In this document: positions 1-11,025 of the stretch, piece after piece
How the letters are laid out: every line of letters begins with the position of its first letter
Position numbering within the stretch: the stretch's first letter is position 1
DNA from: Anthoceros angustus
Lineage: Eukaryota > Plantae > Anthocerotophyta
Assembly (NCBI GenBank): GCA_010909165.1
Contig: VJWM01000365.1
Span: 1 to 37,044, forward strand
Length of the DNA: 37,044 nucleotides
Reading direction: 5' to 3'
Notes under the pieces: generated by a model
Seen by the model: the letters and a program-made list of their open reading frames with translations, nothing else
Database searches by the model: none
What the model was told of the DNA's origin: nothing
Position numbers and translations under genes: made by a program

Positions 1-586
1 CGCTGGGTCGAGGTTGGCAAGCAAGCTGGTGCACCCGTGAGAGGGAGAGTAGGGCGCCTTGCTTGTTTAGAAGGAGAAGTGTGTCATCGCAGTAGCGATT
101 GGGCATCACAAGACCTCGAACTTTCACACAAGTCTCATGGGACGAAACCCAACGCACGGGCGACAGTGATAAGTGTGGCCGCTATAGGGAGGACTGGGAG
201 TGCCCGATTCTCCCACCATGCCTGTTATATGTGTCATGCATTTATATCCGTGCCGATTGCAAGTCGAACATCGCACGATCAGAGCCAGAATTTGCCTTCG
301 TGAATGGCAAGCTTGATTGGTGGAGTCTATCGAATTCAAAAGCAGAGAAACGATGCATATCATAATTGTATGTGTAGGGCTATATGTTAACAATCATATA
401 CCTATGATCGTATGTCCCTACTTCATATGTGTGTATCTAATAGAGGACGGGTTTCATAAGCAAACTTTGAAATGAAAGCATAATACCCTAATGCACATGG
501 CACAAATGTCACAACTACTTATGACGGTGGAATGAAAACAGAGTAAAACGATCATGTAAAAGGACCTCTCGACCGACGGTTCGTGT

Positions 587-841
587 AGTTGAATTATGCG
601 TTCAAATTGGCCACGTGGTGGATTTAAACTATCGGAACTAGAACAAGATGTGGCATATAGTTGGGTAATGTGGCAGGTATAGTTTAGTTTAGATCGAATA
701 GTGAACTAAACGGCAGTTGAATTGCGCGTTCACCGCTAGTTGGCCACGTGGATTTAAACTATCGGAACTAGAACAAGATGTGGCATGTAGTTGGCTAATG
801 TGGCAGGTATAGTTTAGTTTAGATCTAATAGTGAACTAAAC
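587..841. repeat. Two-copy direct repeat, ~125-bp unit (587-711, 715-841)
   Basis: AGTTGAATT..GCGTTCA..TTGGCCACGTGG..ATTTAAACTATCGGAACTAGAACAAGATGTGGCAT..GTGAACTAAAC occurs twice with few differences; each copy has a CCACGTGG palindrome. Confidence 0.9.
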
Positions 842-1160
842 TATCCGCAAAGCTCCATTATTTAGCTCAACCGAGATAAAATAGTAAATATAATTTTTCT
901 TCTTATTACTTTACTTTTCTTTTTATAAATATCATGTCCTTTCCATCTCATTTGTTTTTTTCCTTCTTTCACATTTGTCACAACCGCATTAGAAATGGAG
1001 GCGGAATGAAACGATAAAAACCTTTACATGATATGAAACGATAAACTGCTAGTGTGGAAAGTCAAGGGGTCTAAGGTGTTCCCATCAAACGGTATTATGG
1101 TTGGAGGATGGTTGGGACATGCCCTGTGAGTATGGCCACAATGATGTGTAGAGTCCTCCT

Positions 1161-1228
1161 TTGAGGAATACATGCATACATGAGTTCATTAAAACTTGAG
1201 GAATACATGCACATGAGTTCATTAAAAC
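1161..1228. repeat. Tandem duplication, ~35-bp unit
   Basis: TTGAGGAATACATGCA(TA)CATGAGTTCATTAAAAC twice in tandem. Confidence 0.9.
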
Positions 1229-1478
1229 CCATAGTTAAGTGTCTTTGTCTTTGGGATAGATCATTGCTTGGATGGGATGTCACCCATTCTATTTCCATGG
1301 CCCTATGGGGCCACCTGTTATAAATCATGCCTCGTCTGGTAGTGGGCGGAACCCCCGTTGTTAGTGTCCTGCGGGATTATTGAAGATGAAAAAACTCCCG
1401 TCGCGAGACTTCAACTAATATTTTGAAAAATATAAAAGTCTTTAAATTAAAAACCCAATGGTATATATGCAGTTAGCA

Positions 1479-2496
1479 ATGACGCGAAAGAGGCCAAAAC
1501 CATTTGAGCGCGCCTCGGCAGTGTGCCTTCATTACCAACCTTGCAGAATGTAAGCTGACTTTTGTTCCTGTTTTTGTTGTTGTTGTGAGCCGACGGAACT
1601 GGTCAGGTGCTGTCATCAGGTCAGCAGGGTAGAGGGAGAGGTAGAGGTGGGAGTGATAGGGTCTTTCCGGACACCATTCTCACCCATGGAGCTTCCCTGC
1701 GTAAACAGCGACTCCTGCTTGGTGTGGAATTCTGCCTCTGCCCCCAGAAGGTTATTTTTGCGACGGCTGCGATGGGCACTCGCATGAAGTGCTTCCGGCA
1801 GCCGCTGCTGGTTCTATCCTGACTGCCTGCAGCTGCCGGAAGACCAAATTGCAAAGAGAAAGATTCGGCTGGAAGAATATCAGGGAGGAAGAAGATACTG
1901 GTCCTCAAGTTGAAGCAAATTCAATCTCACCCTCATCCAAACAACAGGAGAAAGCCAAGCTTCTCCAAGAACTCATGAAGGAGACCCGGCATGAGACAGA
2001 GGGCCCCGTGGACGATGAGGATGCTCCGGTGTGGCTGTGAGAGGCGATAGACAGCACAAGCTCAGAGGAGAAAGCTTCGTCTTCTAAGCTTTGTCTCACA
2101 CAAAAGAGCGTAGTGGGCGAAGAGAGGGACACTGAAATTTATGCCATCTCCAAGAGCCACCTTTCATGCGAGGTCTGCCATGGATTTCCGACTTTGCAAT
2201 TCGATTCTGCAGTTCTACACTAGAAAGAGAGGGAAGGTCCTGCCAGGTAGCGGCAGTAAAAGATCAGACGAGCTTGCCAGCACTTCGTAAGGAAGTGGTG
2301 CAGAAGGAGCAGGGCCACCTGTGAAGCACCTGGTGAATTAATTTCCTGTGCAGGTCATAAGCGACGGAAAACAGAGGTTGACAGAGCTCGCGAGCCTCCC
2401 AGCGTGCAAGGAAGTGAGGAGAGTCTAGCGAGAAACGTGGAGGAGAAAGGGGATGTCAAAGCAGCGCATTTCACAACTGGCCATTTGATATACTGA
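1479..2496 (+). CDS. Probable PHD-finger-like protein gene, frameshifted or degenerate; boundaries uncertain
   Basis: Joining frames over 1716-1826 gives SCLV(W)NSASAPRRLF-CDGCDGHSH-MKCFRQPL-WFYPDC, resembling the C4HC3 PHD pattern (..CDGCD..H..C..P...W.CPDC) with 2 Cys altered. A charged region follows (QQEKAKLLQELMKETRHE). Candidate introns GTAAG at 1549 to CAG at 1606, and an acceptor TGTGCAG near 2353. Confidence 0.4.
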
Positions 2497-2736
2497 CGGA
2501 CAGCCCTTCTACAGGGTATCATCTGATTGGGTGCATCGTGTGGCTGGGAACTGGACCACGAGTTTGAAAGTGTCCAGGTTGTTATGTACCCTGAACTGGA
2601 ACATCGGATTCATACTAGCCAGCCGAAACCCACCTGCCCGCTGAATCCGCTCCCATTGCAACAAGAAGTTTAGGGGATGCAAAATACAGTGAGAGCTATT
2701 ATGGAACTAAACTCTGGTTGATCAAAAACCTTTGCA

Positions 2737-4811
2737 TCAACCTTGCATTCGAACACTCCGACTGATATTCGTTCTAATTCCAGTCGCTTCTCCTGCGTAA
2801 GGCTTCAAAGCAGGCTTTACTTCACGCACTTGTCCTTTCCGCCTGATGACGGCCTTCTCATGCTTGAGCTTGTACTTCTTCCTTGGGTTCTTGGTCAACT
2901 TCTTTCTGTGGGGCGTAAGGCCTCTATTCTTCTCCATCTGGCTTGATATTTTTCGTTTACCTTCAAAATCTTCCTCGGCCAGTCATTGTTGGCTCCTGAG
3001 TACTTCCAGACTTTGCAGCCTTCTTGGACGCCTGCAGCTGTTTGGCCTGTTGATAAAATTCGTCCTCATCAGCTTCCATGTCCTCAGGCTCGTCCGCACT
3101 TTCTTCTCGGTCCACCTGCTTTCTAGCCTGGATCTCATGCTTGTTCCGTCTCTCCCCGATATCATCCCTAGCCGGTAGGTCAGCATCTCCTGAAGCCACC
3201 CTTCGCTTCTTAGAAGGATGACCTGCTTCAGCAATAATTGTGAAAGTTTTCGAGGCCGCGACAAGTCGCCAGGCGGCCCGCCCACACCCTTCCTTGCCTT
3301 TCCGTCCTCCATCTCCACCAGATCTGCGATATCATCATCAAAGTCATCCAGCATGCCCATCAAGCCACTCCTGGATCTCTTCATGTGCGTCAGCTTCGTC
3401 CTCTCAGCTTTGGAGAGGAGCTCTAGCGAACAGATCTTCCTCTTGCCTGGCACGAGCCTCAAGTTTCTCCCGCTCTCTCATCATTTCCTTACTATCTGCC
3501 CCGATAAGTTCTCTCAGTTCTTCAGGCCTACCCTCCAAGTCGTTGGCAAGCTCCTTCTCAAATGCACTGTGTGCTGACCTGCGGCGGGCTTCCTGTCCTG
3601 CCCTTTGTCAGCAGGCCTCATGTCTTCTTGCTCGCAAGTTGGAGCCTATCATAGGCGGACGATACACGACTCCGGCTTCTTGAGTGTCTCTGTCAACTTT
3701 AGACACCAGTAAGCCTGAATTAGGTCTGTACTTCAACGCGTCCTTATCCTTCACACCTCGGAACCATTGCTCAGCTCACTAAGCTTGAGGAGCTTCTCGA
3801 TTCGGTACTCAACCTTCTTGTCCATTGGTCGCATCTTCTCAATGAACAAACGCCTCTCGACAAGACGTGGAATCACAGGGTGATCCCTCACACACCGACC
3901 TTCACCTTGAGCCCCAGATACACCACAATGAGCTGACAGTAGCTCAAGAGCAGCAGGTGCTTCATTTCCAAATAGCTCAATCCATCTTTTGTAGCAATAA
4001 GCCCACCAGATCGCACCTTCTCTTCAAGAGGATAACTTTGTTCTCTAACTCATCAAGAGATACCTTCAGCTCGTGAAGAAGGCCTGGCAACTCTGGAGCA
4101 TCACTCATGACAGCCTCCATTTGCTCCTCCTTGGACAGCAAGCTAATATCTTCACAATCCGCTCCACAGCCATCTCGCTACCTGCAGTCTCTTTCACCAC
4201 CTTCTTCCTGGCTCACTATCTTTGGCCTTCCTCTTCTTCTTTCCTCTTCACCTTCTCGCTTCACAGCTTGCTCTAAGCTTTCCTCCTCATCCAGCCCAAA
4301 GTCTTCTGGCCTCATGAGCCGCATACAGCCGCTGCAACCTAAGCGCCTCAGCCTCCTCCTCAGCAAGTGCCTCATCATCACTGGACTGCAACTCAAAATC
4401 TACATTCTCCGCATTGTAATACGACTTCTTCGACTTCCCCATGCCCTCTTCTCCCTCGTTTCTCCCTCCTCCTCTTCATCCTCGTCACCAGCCATGGCAG
4501 CCTCTTTCTGCCGCAACAGTTTCATCTGCTTGGCCATGGGCAATGCCGGTAGGCTTTTTCTCCTCATACTGTTCCCTCCTCATCCTCATCCTCCTCCCCT
4601 CCTCGCTTCCCAGAAGTATCCTCCGGAATATCCAGGACCGGCAGATCCATTTCTTCTTCCGTGCCATCATCCTCGTCGTTCCCCATCAAAGGAATCTTAT
4701 CCCGTTGCTTTGCAAACAGGTCCCCGTCAAAATACTTGGCATTCATCTGACGGACTTTCGCCTGCCTGCCACCCTTGGGCGGAGACCGCCAACCTCTACT
4801 AGGCTTCCCAT
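2737..4811 (-). CDS. UTP3: Sas10/Utp3 SSU-processome protein; CDS apparently intronless, many small frameshifts
   Basis: C-terminal Sas10 domain EKNRGLTPHRKKLTKNPRKKYKLKHEKAVIRRKGQVREVKPALKPYAGEATGIRTNISRSV (2737-2937). Central Sas10/Utp3/C1D domain DGLSYLEMKHLLLLSYCQLIVVYL..VRDHPVIPRLVERRLFIEKMRPMDKKVEY. Acidic N-terminus with KSYYNAE..ALAEEEAEALRLQ. ATG at 4811 reads MG(K)PSRG after a 1-nt shift. Confidence 0.93.
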
Positions 4812-4877
4812 CACCACACAACTCTCGTGTCCAATCACAAATTCGCTGACAAATCAGGCATATATATCATAAACCTT

Positions 4878-4885
4878 AAACCCTA
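4878..4885. promoter_or_regulatory. Telo-box (AAACCCTA) in the 5' region of UTP3
   Basis: AAACCCTA ~70 nt upstream of the UTP3 ATG, next to a probable 5'-UTR intron acceptor (GTCAG| at 4846). Telo-boxes are established elements of plant ribosome-biogenesis genes. Confidence 0.55.
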
Positions 4886-5181
4886 CTGCGAACCTGGCTG
4901 GGAACTCTGCTGCGCCGCAACCTCATGCTCTTGCTCCTTCTGCACATGCGAACAGTAAAATCAGAAGCTTCTTCCAGTTTTGCCTACACCTATCCAAAAG
5001 GTCCAGCACAAGTCCCAACCGAGCTAACTCAAATCTCAGAGTCACAGCAAAGAGGCACCACATACAACTGGAGACGTGCCAAGCTAGGCCTCAGCCGTTG
5101 AACATAAGATTTCCGAAGAAGAAAAACGTGCAAAACCCAAAGCCAACCGTTACACCCTTAAGAGCTACGTCCGCAATCTGT

Positions 5182-5317
5182 GTAATGGTGTTCGTGGACT
5201 GCGAACTCAGGAGGTGTCGACAGCCATACTCGCCGTGGATTCGAATGTCCACCTCAGTAATGCTGTTCGTGGACTGCGAAATCAGGAGGTGTCGACAGCC
5301 ATACTCGCCGCGGATTC
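5182..5317. repeat. 61-bp direct repeat with 75-bp period
   Basis: GTAATG(G/C)TGTTCGTGGACTGCGAA(C/A)TCAGGAGGTGTCGACAGCCATACTCGCCG(T/C)GGATTC at 5182-5242 and 5257-5317, 3 mismatches. Confidence 0.92.
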
Positions 5318-5319
5318 AA

Positions 5320-5335
5320 AGCCCATTTGAGCCCA
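5320..5335. promoter_or_regulatory. Paired site II (TGGGCY, TCP-binding) motifs upstream of UTP3
   Basis: AGCCCA at 5320-5325 and 5330-5335. Site II plus telo-box is a known module of plant ribosomal and ribosome-biogenesis promoters. Confidence 0.5.
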
Positions 5336-5665
5336 CGTGCAAAGCCTATTTGAGTAGTCGGTGGAGATTTTAATTCGTCGGAATTTCCTGCTCTAACTCT
5401 TGCTCTGGGCTCACTGGGATCTCCGTTACGAAGACCTTAATTTTCGGAAACAAAACGTGATTAAGCTAACGTGTTTACGTACATATATAGTTGGAAAGGA
5501 GGTCCAATTCTTAACCAGTTTGTTTCCTACCATCAAACTATAAGATAATCAACAACTTTATATTATTTTAAAATAGATACAATAAAATTATTAAAATAGA
5601 AGAATATATATCTTCTTGACTTCCTTTGTCTTCTATTCAGAGCATCCAATTAGTACAAACAATCA

Positions 5666-5723
5666 GGTCATATTGCATACCGGTCAATAGGAGGGGTCAT
5701 ATTGCATACTGGTCAATAGGAGG
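5666..5723. repeat. 29-bp tandem duplication
   Basis: GGTCATATTGCATAC(C/T)GGTCAATAGGAGG x2; partial third copy CTGGTCAATAGG near 5756. Confidence 0.9.
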
Positions 5724-6558
5724 ATTTTATTGAGGTGGAAAAACGATGGGAAAAGCTGGTCAATAGGTATGGCATAGTGTTTAGTAAGAGTGTCGGTGAT
5801 ATCTACTCTCTCTGAAGAGCCACATGCGTTTAGTTTACATCGAATGGTTTTAGTAGCAACTAAATTAAGACACTTATTTGAAAGGGAAAGTGATTTTACT
5901 TACCAATGTTAAATGAGAAGAGGTTAAGTGATTATTTATCATGATGATGGATCTATAAGCTATAGGTACCTTTGAGTCGGACTGCTAGGATGAGGTGCTA
6001 CCCATCCCCTGTTGTAAAAAAAACCCTACGAGGCCGCCTGGTCCCCCCGCCTATTCAATCCAAGTGCTTATATTACAATGTTAAATGTCCGCTTTGTAGG
6101 AGCTATATTAGTCAACCTATTCTTCTTCCTATAGTTCACGGAGAAGGAGGGTGATATTATAATTCAACCTATTAATCATCCTTGATAGATTATGATAAAG
6201 TTTTTTCTCATCTCATGTAATAAGTGTGGCATGAGACAACATTGGCTACGATAAACCTGCGCACATGAAGATGTAATAAAAACTATCTAGTGGGATATGT
6301 TACAAAATTTCCAAGAGGTCTAGTTTTAAGAAGAAAAGCTTTAGTGAAGACATAAAATAGTTTGGTGAATTAAAGTAGAAGAAGGAAAATTATTTAAGTC
6401 CACCAAGAGCAGGTGACATTATGAAACTCAAACCAAATGAAAATATCAAAAGAGATAAAACATGTCTTGACCTACTTCAATATTAAACTCAAAAACCCTT
6501 GAAATCTTTACAAATTCTTCCGCTATGTACCATACCATATACTCATAGTTTCTATGTA

Positions 6559-6830
6559 CACATAAAGTCCATTTCTAGAAGGAGAAGTTATCCGCTTTCA
6601 AAGCATTTCCTGCTGGTCAAGTGGCTTTCTTTCATGGGATGAATTGGTGATGTTTGGCCCTTGTTCACATAATTTCATTGACACGTTGATAAATTGAAGA
6701 TCATTTGTCTTGATTGAATTTTACCTTTACATTCGTCGGATCATTTTACCGCAATCTTTTAGTTATCATATTTCGGTCCCATAGCGAAATCCGTCCTTAG
6801 TGGACTTAAATAAAATTCTTCTTCTTCTTC
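6559..6830 (+). mobile_element. Short retroposon-like element (SINE or LINE 3' end) with AATAAA+(TTC)n tail, copy 1
   Basis: 6582-6830 is clearly homologous to 11628-11885 and ends in AGTGGACTTAAATAAAATTCTTCTTCTTCTTC. Candidate 9-bp TSD TTCTATGTA at 6550-6558 and 6828-6836. Confidence 0.6.
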
Positions 6831-7399
6831 TATGTAAGAATAATTTATAGTAGCACATGATCAGTGGCTAATAGTTCCCCACCTAGTGACACTAGGGCTA
6901 CGGAAGGACTACTGCTATGTTCGGCATCGAAACCGTATGGCGAGGAGCCTATGGGCGTTGTGGGAGATATTGTCATATGGGTGCAATTTTCATTTCGTTC
7001 TATATTGTTGTCCTTTAGGGATACCATAAGGTTTGGGCCATCTTTACAAACGTAATTTTTGGAGGATGTTAGTAGTGAGCTTGTTACTTGATTCCAAAGC
7101 TATCGGTGAGCCTTTGTGTTGGTCCCCTTGGGGTCGAGCGTTCTTTGAAATTTATCTCCACTTTTAAGTGTTACTTAGTGAAAGCGGGTTTCAACAATAG
7201 TACCATCTTTCAACAATTGACAAAAGCTCAGATTAAGGTGTAGCCCTAGTGGATCTCTTAAGCCTATTTTATTTTCTTCTTCACATCACAGATATATATT
7301 TTGTAGTTTGAACTCTTCTACATGATGTGTTATGTGTTTTACATATTTTTTAATCTAACTACGTGATTTGAGACGTCATATTCTCCATTGCTGTGGAGC

Positions 7400-7900
7400 G
7401 GATCCTCTTCTTCAGGCGCCCATATCCTTTTGCCTAGCGTTTCTCTCAAGGTCGACCTATTTCGATCCGGGGACCAAGTTTACATTGAGATGTACTTATA
7501 AGAGACTCTACTAAGACATACATTTCGACAAAATGGTTTTCGATGATGTTGAATCTGAAATAAGCCCTAATAACCATATACGGATACCATTTGGAAGCAT
7601 GTCATCATCAACCCTTCTCGAATGTTGGGCAAGGAGCTGATCAAGGTTCACACGTACACCTCTATGCACAAAGGCCATGCTTTCATTCCCTTGCTGTGAG
7701 ACTCGTGGGCCCATAGACAAGGACTTCTTGAGGTTTATGGGGTTTGTTGAAAAGCATACCACATCCGCAAGAATGGGCTAGGTCTCCCTCTTCCTATGTG
7801 GTGGCTTTCTTCCAAGAGTATCCATTGCTCGCAAGGACATTGACAAACGCAATGGGACACCTTCAAACGAGCGAACGTATCATCTTCAGCCCGTGGTAAG
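7400..7900 (+). mobile_element. CRE-like non-LTR retrotransposon remnant (C-terminal restriction-like endonuclease domain), copy A
   Basis: Frame-joined translation HVIINPS..KELIKVHTYTSMHKGHAFIP-AVETRGPIDKDFLRF..YHIRKNGLGL..YVVAFFQ-RVSIA matches RLE motifs K..Y..GHAFIPFAVETxG and RLSVALQ seen at the C-terminus of CRE/R2-type ORFs. Confidence 0.65.
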
Positions 7901-8246
7901 TAGGCCCTTCCTTATTTCGACTATGACATCTTGGGAGCGGAGGTAGCTTCAAAGTAGACATTTGGGGGCTTAGTCCCCTTGGCCTAGGGCCCTCTAGAGG
8001 GTTGTTCTTCATCACCCCGTGTAGATGAGACTTCTCATCTCGCACATTTATAAAGTCTCCACTTTTCTACTAAAGAATATCAAGTTCATTCACAACATTG
8101 CCCAAATGTTAGCGCTGAAGATTCAAGGATATGTTACTTATTTTAGTACATAAAATAATGCATATCATCGATTTTAGGTTCATAATTCTTGAAATCATGT
8201 CAAGCCAATGACATGTTCTTATGGACCGAATAGTTGTTGTAAGCAA

Positions 8247-8367
8247 GTTGGATGAAGCTAGATATTCAAAGATATATCTCATCAAGTGTTATCTACTCTT
8301 TGTACTATGAGTGGGTTGGAGAAAGCTAGATATTCAATGACATATTTCCTCAAGTGTTATCCACTCT
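8247..8367. repeat. Imperfect two-copy repeat, 68-bp period, between the CRE-like 3' ends
   Basis: GTTGGA..AAGCTAGATATTCAA..ATAT.TC.TCAAGTGTTATC.ACTCT at 8247 and 8315. Confidence 0.8.
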
Positions 8368-8669
8368 CTCTCTGTATCCTTATTTGAGGAGGCGACGCGA
8401 CATGCTAGATTGATTTATAAATTTAAAATTTAGATTCTTGGTAATAGAGACCATTTACAAATCTAGCATTTAGATTCTTGGCATCGCTCCATCCTAATAG
8501 TAAAATTAGCTTTAGATACATTCCTTCCTTCGCTTGTAAATTCTAAGCCGCTTGCTCTAAAAGAAAGATGGGAAAAGCTCATCTAGTGGACAACCAAAGA
8601 GGACCCCAGAGTGGAGGAGAAAAGGAGCAACTAAGCTCCCTACCTAAAGGTACCAATCGCCTGAAAACT

Positions 8670-9530
8670 TCAGATGTGAAGGACAAAGAGCCCAAACCAC
8701 ATAGGGGAAGAAGTTGCCACCGTTGCCGCCTTGTGAAGGATCGCCGACGAGACGACCTTTTGAAAGGCAATGGAGACTCTCACCATTTGAAGTAAGCTGT
8801 GAAATAGGAAAGTGACAGCCCCATGCCACACTTGCGGTTTTGATAGGATTTGGCATGTGACTTGAGAAACTTATCAAGTCCTCGGCCATAGCCCCATATG
8901 TTTCGAGAGTGATGGATGAAGAGATGGCCCGCAAGAACTGTACTTCTGACCTTGAGAGCCATAGCATCATGGCACCCAACCAAGGTGGTTGGTGATGACT
9001 TGAAATAAGCGTTTGTAGAAAGAGGTTTCTCCTCAAACCCCTTTTGCACACGGACGTGGCCGGACCCTTTTGCACTTGAAAATCCGCACTATGATAAGCC
9101 TTTTGGTATTTCTCTGCATGTCACCCGCAACCTTTGAATAATTGTTTTGATACACGCTTTTGAGATTGTAGATTGCAAGTATGTGGCAAAACCTAATGTC
9201 CCATTCTCGCTCGGCTTTTTTTCAAATCGACATGTAATCCGGCGCAAACTTGTGCGCACTTACATCTAAATAGTCTCCAACACCGCAATCATTGTCGTAT
9301 TGGACATATACAAACGCTTAGAGTTTTTACGATTGTAATTCTTGGCCCAACCTTTCACTCATACCCAATCCTAAGACTATACTCGCCTGGAATTTTACAG
9401 ACTTTGTTTCTTAGACATTGGGACAATAATATCTTCGTTGACCCGAGGCTCTTGATCATGGCAGTCGAGAATGAGTGGCATGGTCCACTTGAGCCGGGCC
9501 CATGCCAAACGCCTCAAGATTCAAAAGATG
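8670..9530 (-). mobile_element. CRE-like non-LTR retrotransposon remnant (zinc knuckle + RLE domain), copy B
   Basis: Minus-strand frame-joined translation LRIG..CKCAQVCAGLHV (C.CG..D..G.H-like knuckle) ..ALKVR(K)YS..GHLFI-ITLETYGAMAEDL-KFLKSHAKSYQNRKCGMGLSLSYF..VRVSIAFQKVVSSAILHKAA, stop at 8670-8672. Aligns motif by motif with copy A. Confidence 0.68.
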
Positions 9531-9828
9531 CAAAATATTCTCACTACTAGTTCAAGTTTTAACCACTAGAAAAAGATTAGGGCTAAGTAAAGATAAGAAC
9601 ATATCCACCAGGAGGTGCACAAAAAGGTTGAAAATGTAAAGGAACCCTTTAAAATAACAAAATATAAAAATATAAAAAATTAACAAAAATATCAATTTTA
9701 GGGCAAGTCAGACTTGCCTCAAAAATTGGACTTTTGGGATTGTTTTGGGGTTTATTAGATTTTGCTCTTTTTCTTTGGATGAACTGCTGGAATGCACTAG
9801 GAGGCATGAACCATATGGGTTCATGCTC

Positions 9829-10070
9829 CTAGGCCCTTCTTGACCTTGGGTGCGCGACTGGGCCCCTTGCCCCATGGTGCGCGCACAAGCATGTGCACCT
9901 GGGCCCCCTTGCCCCATGGTGCTGTGCAAGGCACTGGGCCCCCTTGCAAGACATAAGTGCGCTGCACTGGCCCCTTGCCTCGTGCAATGCTTCACCCATA
10001 GCCCCCCCGTGCATAAGTTTGCACATAGCGTTATTTAGTGCGCACTTATGCGCGCCTAGGCCCCCTTGGT
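9829..10070. repeat. GC-rich cluster of CTGGGCCCC(C)TTGC(CCCATGGTG) motifs
   Basis: Copies at 9858, 9899, 9934, 9967 plus degenerate ones near 9829 and 10057; resembles transposon subterminal repeats. Confidence 0.8.
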
Positions 10071-10862
10071 ATACAAAAACATACAAAACCACACAAAATG
10101 CGTAAACTATAGACATAACGAAATTATGGAACAATCGGTCATGGCCTTCATCACACCGACTAAATCGCCATGAACCTAACTACAAGACGCCACAGTGTAA
10201 ATGACTTGACAGAAGTGGTGCCGAGAATGCCCAAACCGATGGATGAACACCTACAAAAACCAACAAAACCAAACCAACTTCCGCTTCCGGGAAATAGGGG
10301 ATGTTTTCCAAAACCCCTTTGACAGGAGAAACCCCTTTCTACAGGGCGCTATTTTGAGTGGAGATGGTGTCATGAGCAAGGTCAAGAATACCATGTCCGC
10401 CACCGAAACGTGGTCACCGCGACAAAGTACGGCGAATTTAACGACATGTTCAAGAGTACGCCTCCCTCCGTGCCATGTAGCCACTTTCACGAGCGATGAC
10501 AACCATAACATCACGGATGGCGTCGTGGGTGGCGATGTAGTGACCGTGAGGGACAACGAGCAAGGCACCCAGTCATCGAGGCGAGCCGCACTGCAGGAGG
10601 AAGACGCCACATGAGAGCAGACGGAATTGCATTGCAGTGGTGAAGGTGGTTGGTGGGATGACAAAACCCGTATACATGGATGAGCCAAAAGCCAAGTGCC
10701 TACACCTTTCCAAAAGCGAAGCCGAGCTCTTGTGGACACAGGGGATAGAGGGAGGGAGGACGGAATGGAAAGCTTGGTCGAGCTACTTGTCGAGCAATGG
10801 CACTTGTAGTCCCTGAAACCATCGGTGAGGTCAAGAAAGAGAAGTTCTTGCCAAGCATCCAG

Positions 10863-11005
10863 GTTGAAAGCATGTCCTGGTCGGCGCAAGGAATAGATCC
10901 CATGAATAGATCCCATTGTAAATAGATCCTGTCACATCGAAGGATCCGTTGAAAGTATGCCTGGCCGCAAGGAATAGATCCGTTGTCAATAGATCCTGAC
11001 ATCAA
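10863..11005. repeat. Two-copy ~85-bp repeat built from AATAGATCC sub-units
   Basis: GTTGAAAG.ATG.CCTGG..GCAAGGAATAGATCC at 10863 and 10948; AATAGATCC occurs five times. Confidence 0.85.
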
Positions 11006-11025
11006 ATCCGGTGATTAGCCCGCAT

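Noticed and set aside
99-365. DW..ILPP motif suggesting a post-SWIM MULE remnant
   Set aside because: Single short motif with no supporting Cys/His pattern.
5960-6030. GC-richer segment ending in A8 as a SINE
   Set aside because: No TSD, Pol III boxes or second copy seen.
9542-9550. CACTACTAG as a CACTA transposon terminus
   Set aside because: No correctly oriented partner end or Tnp2 motifs found.
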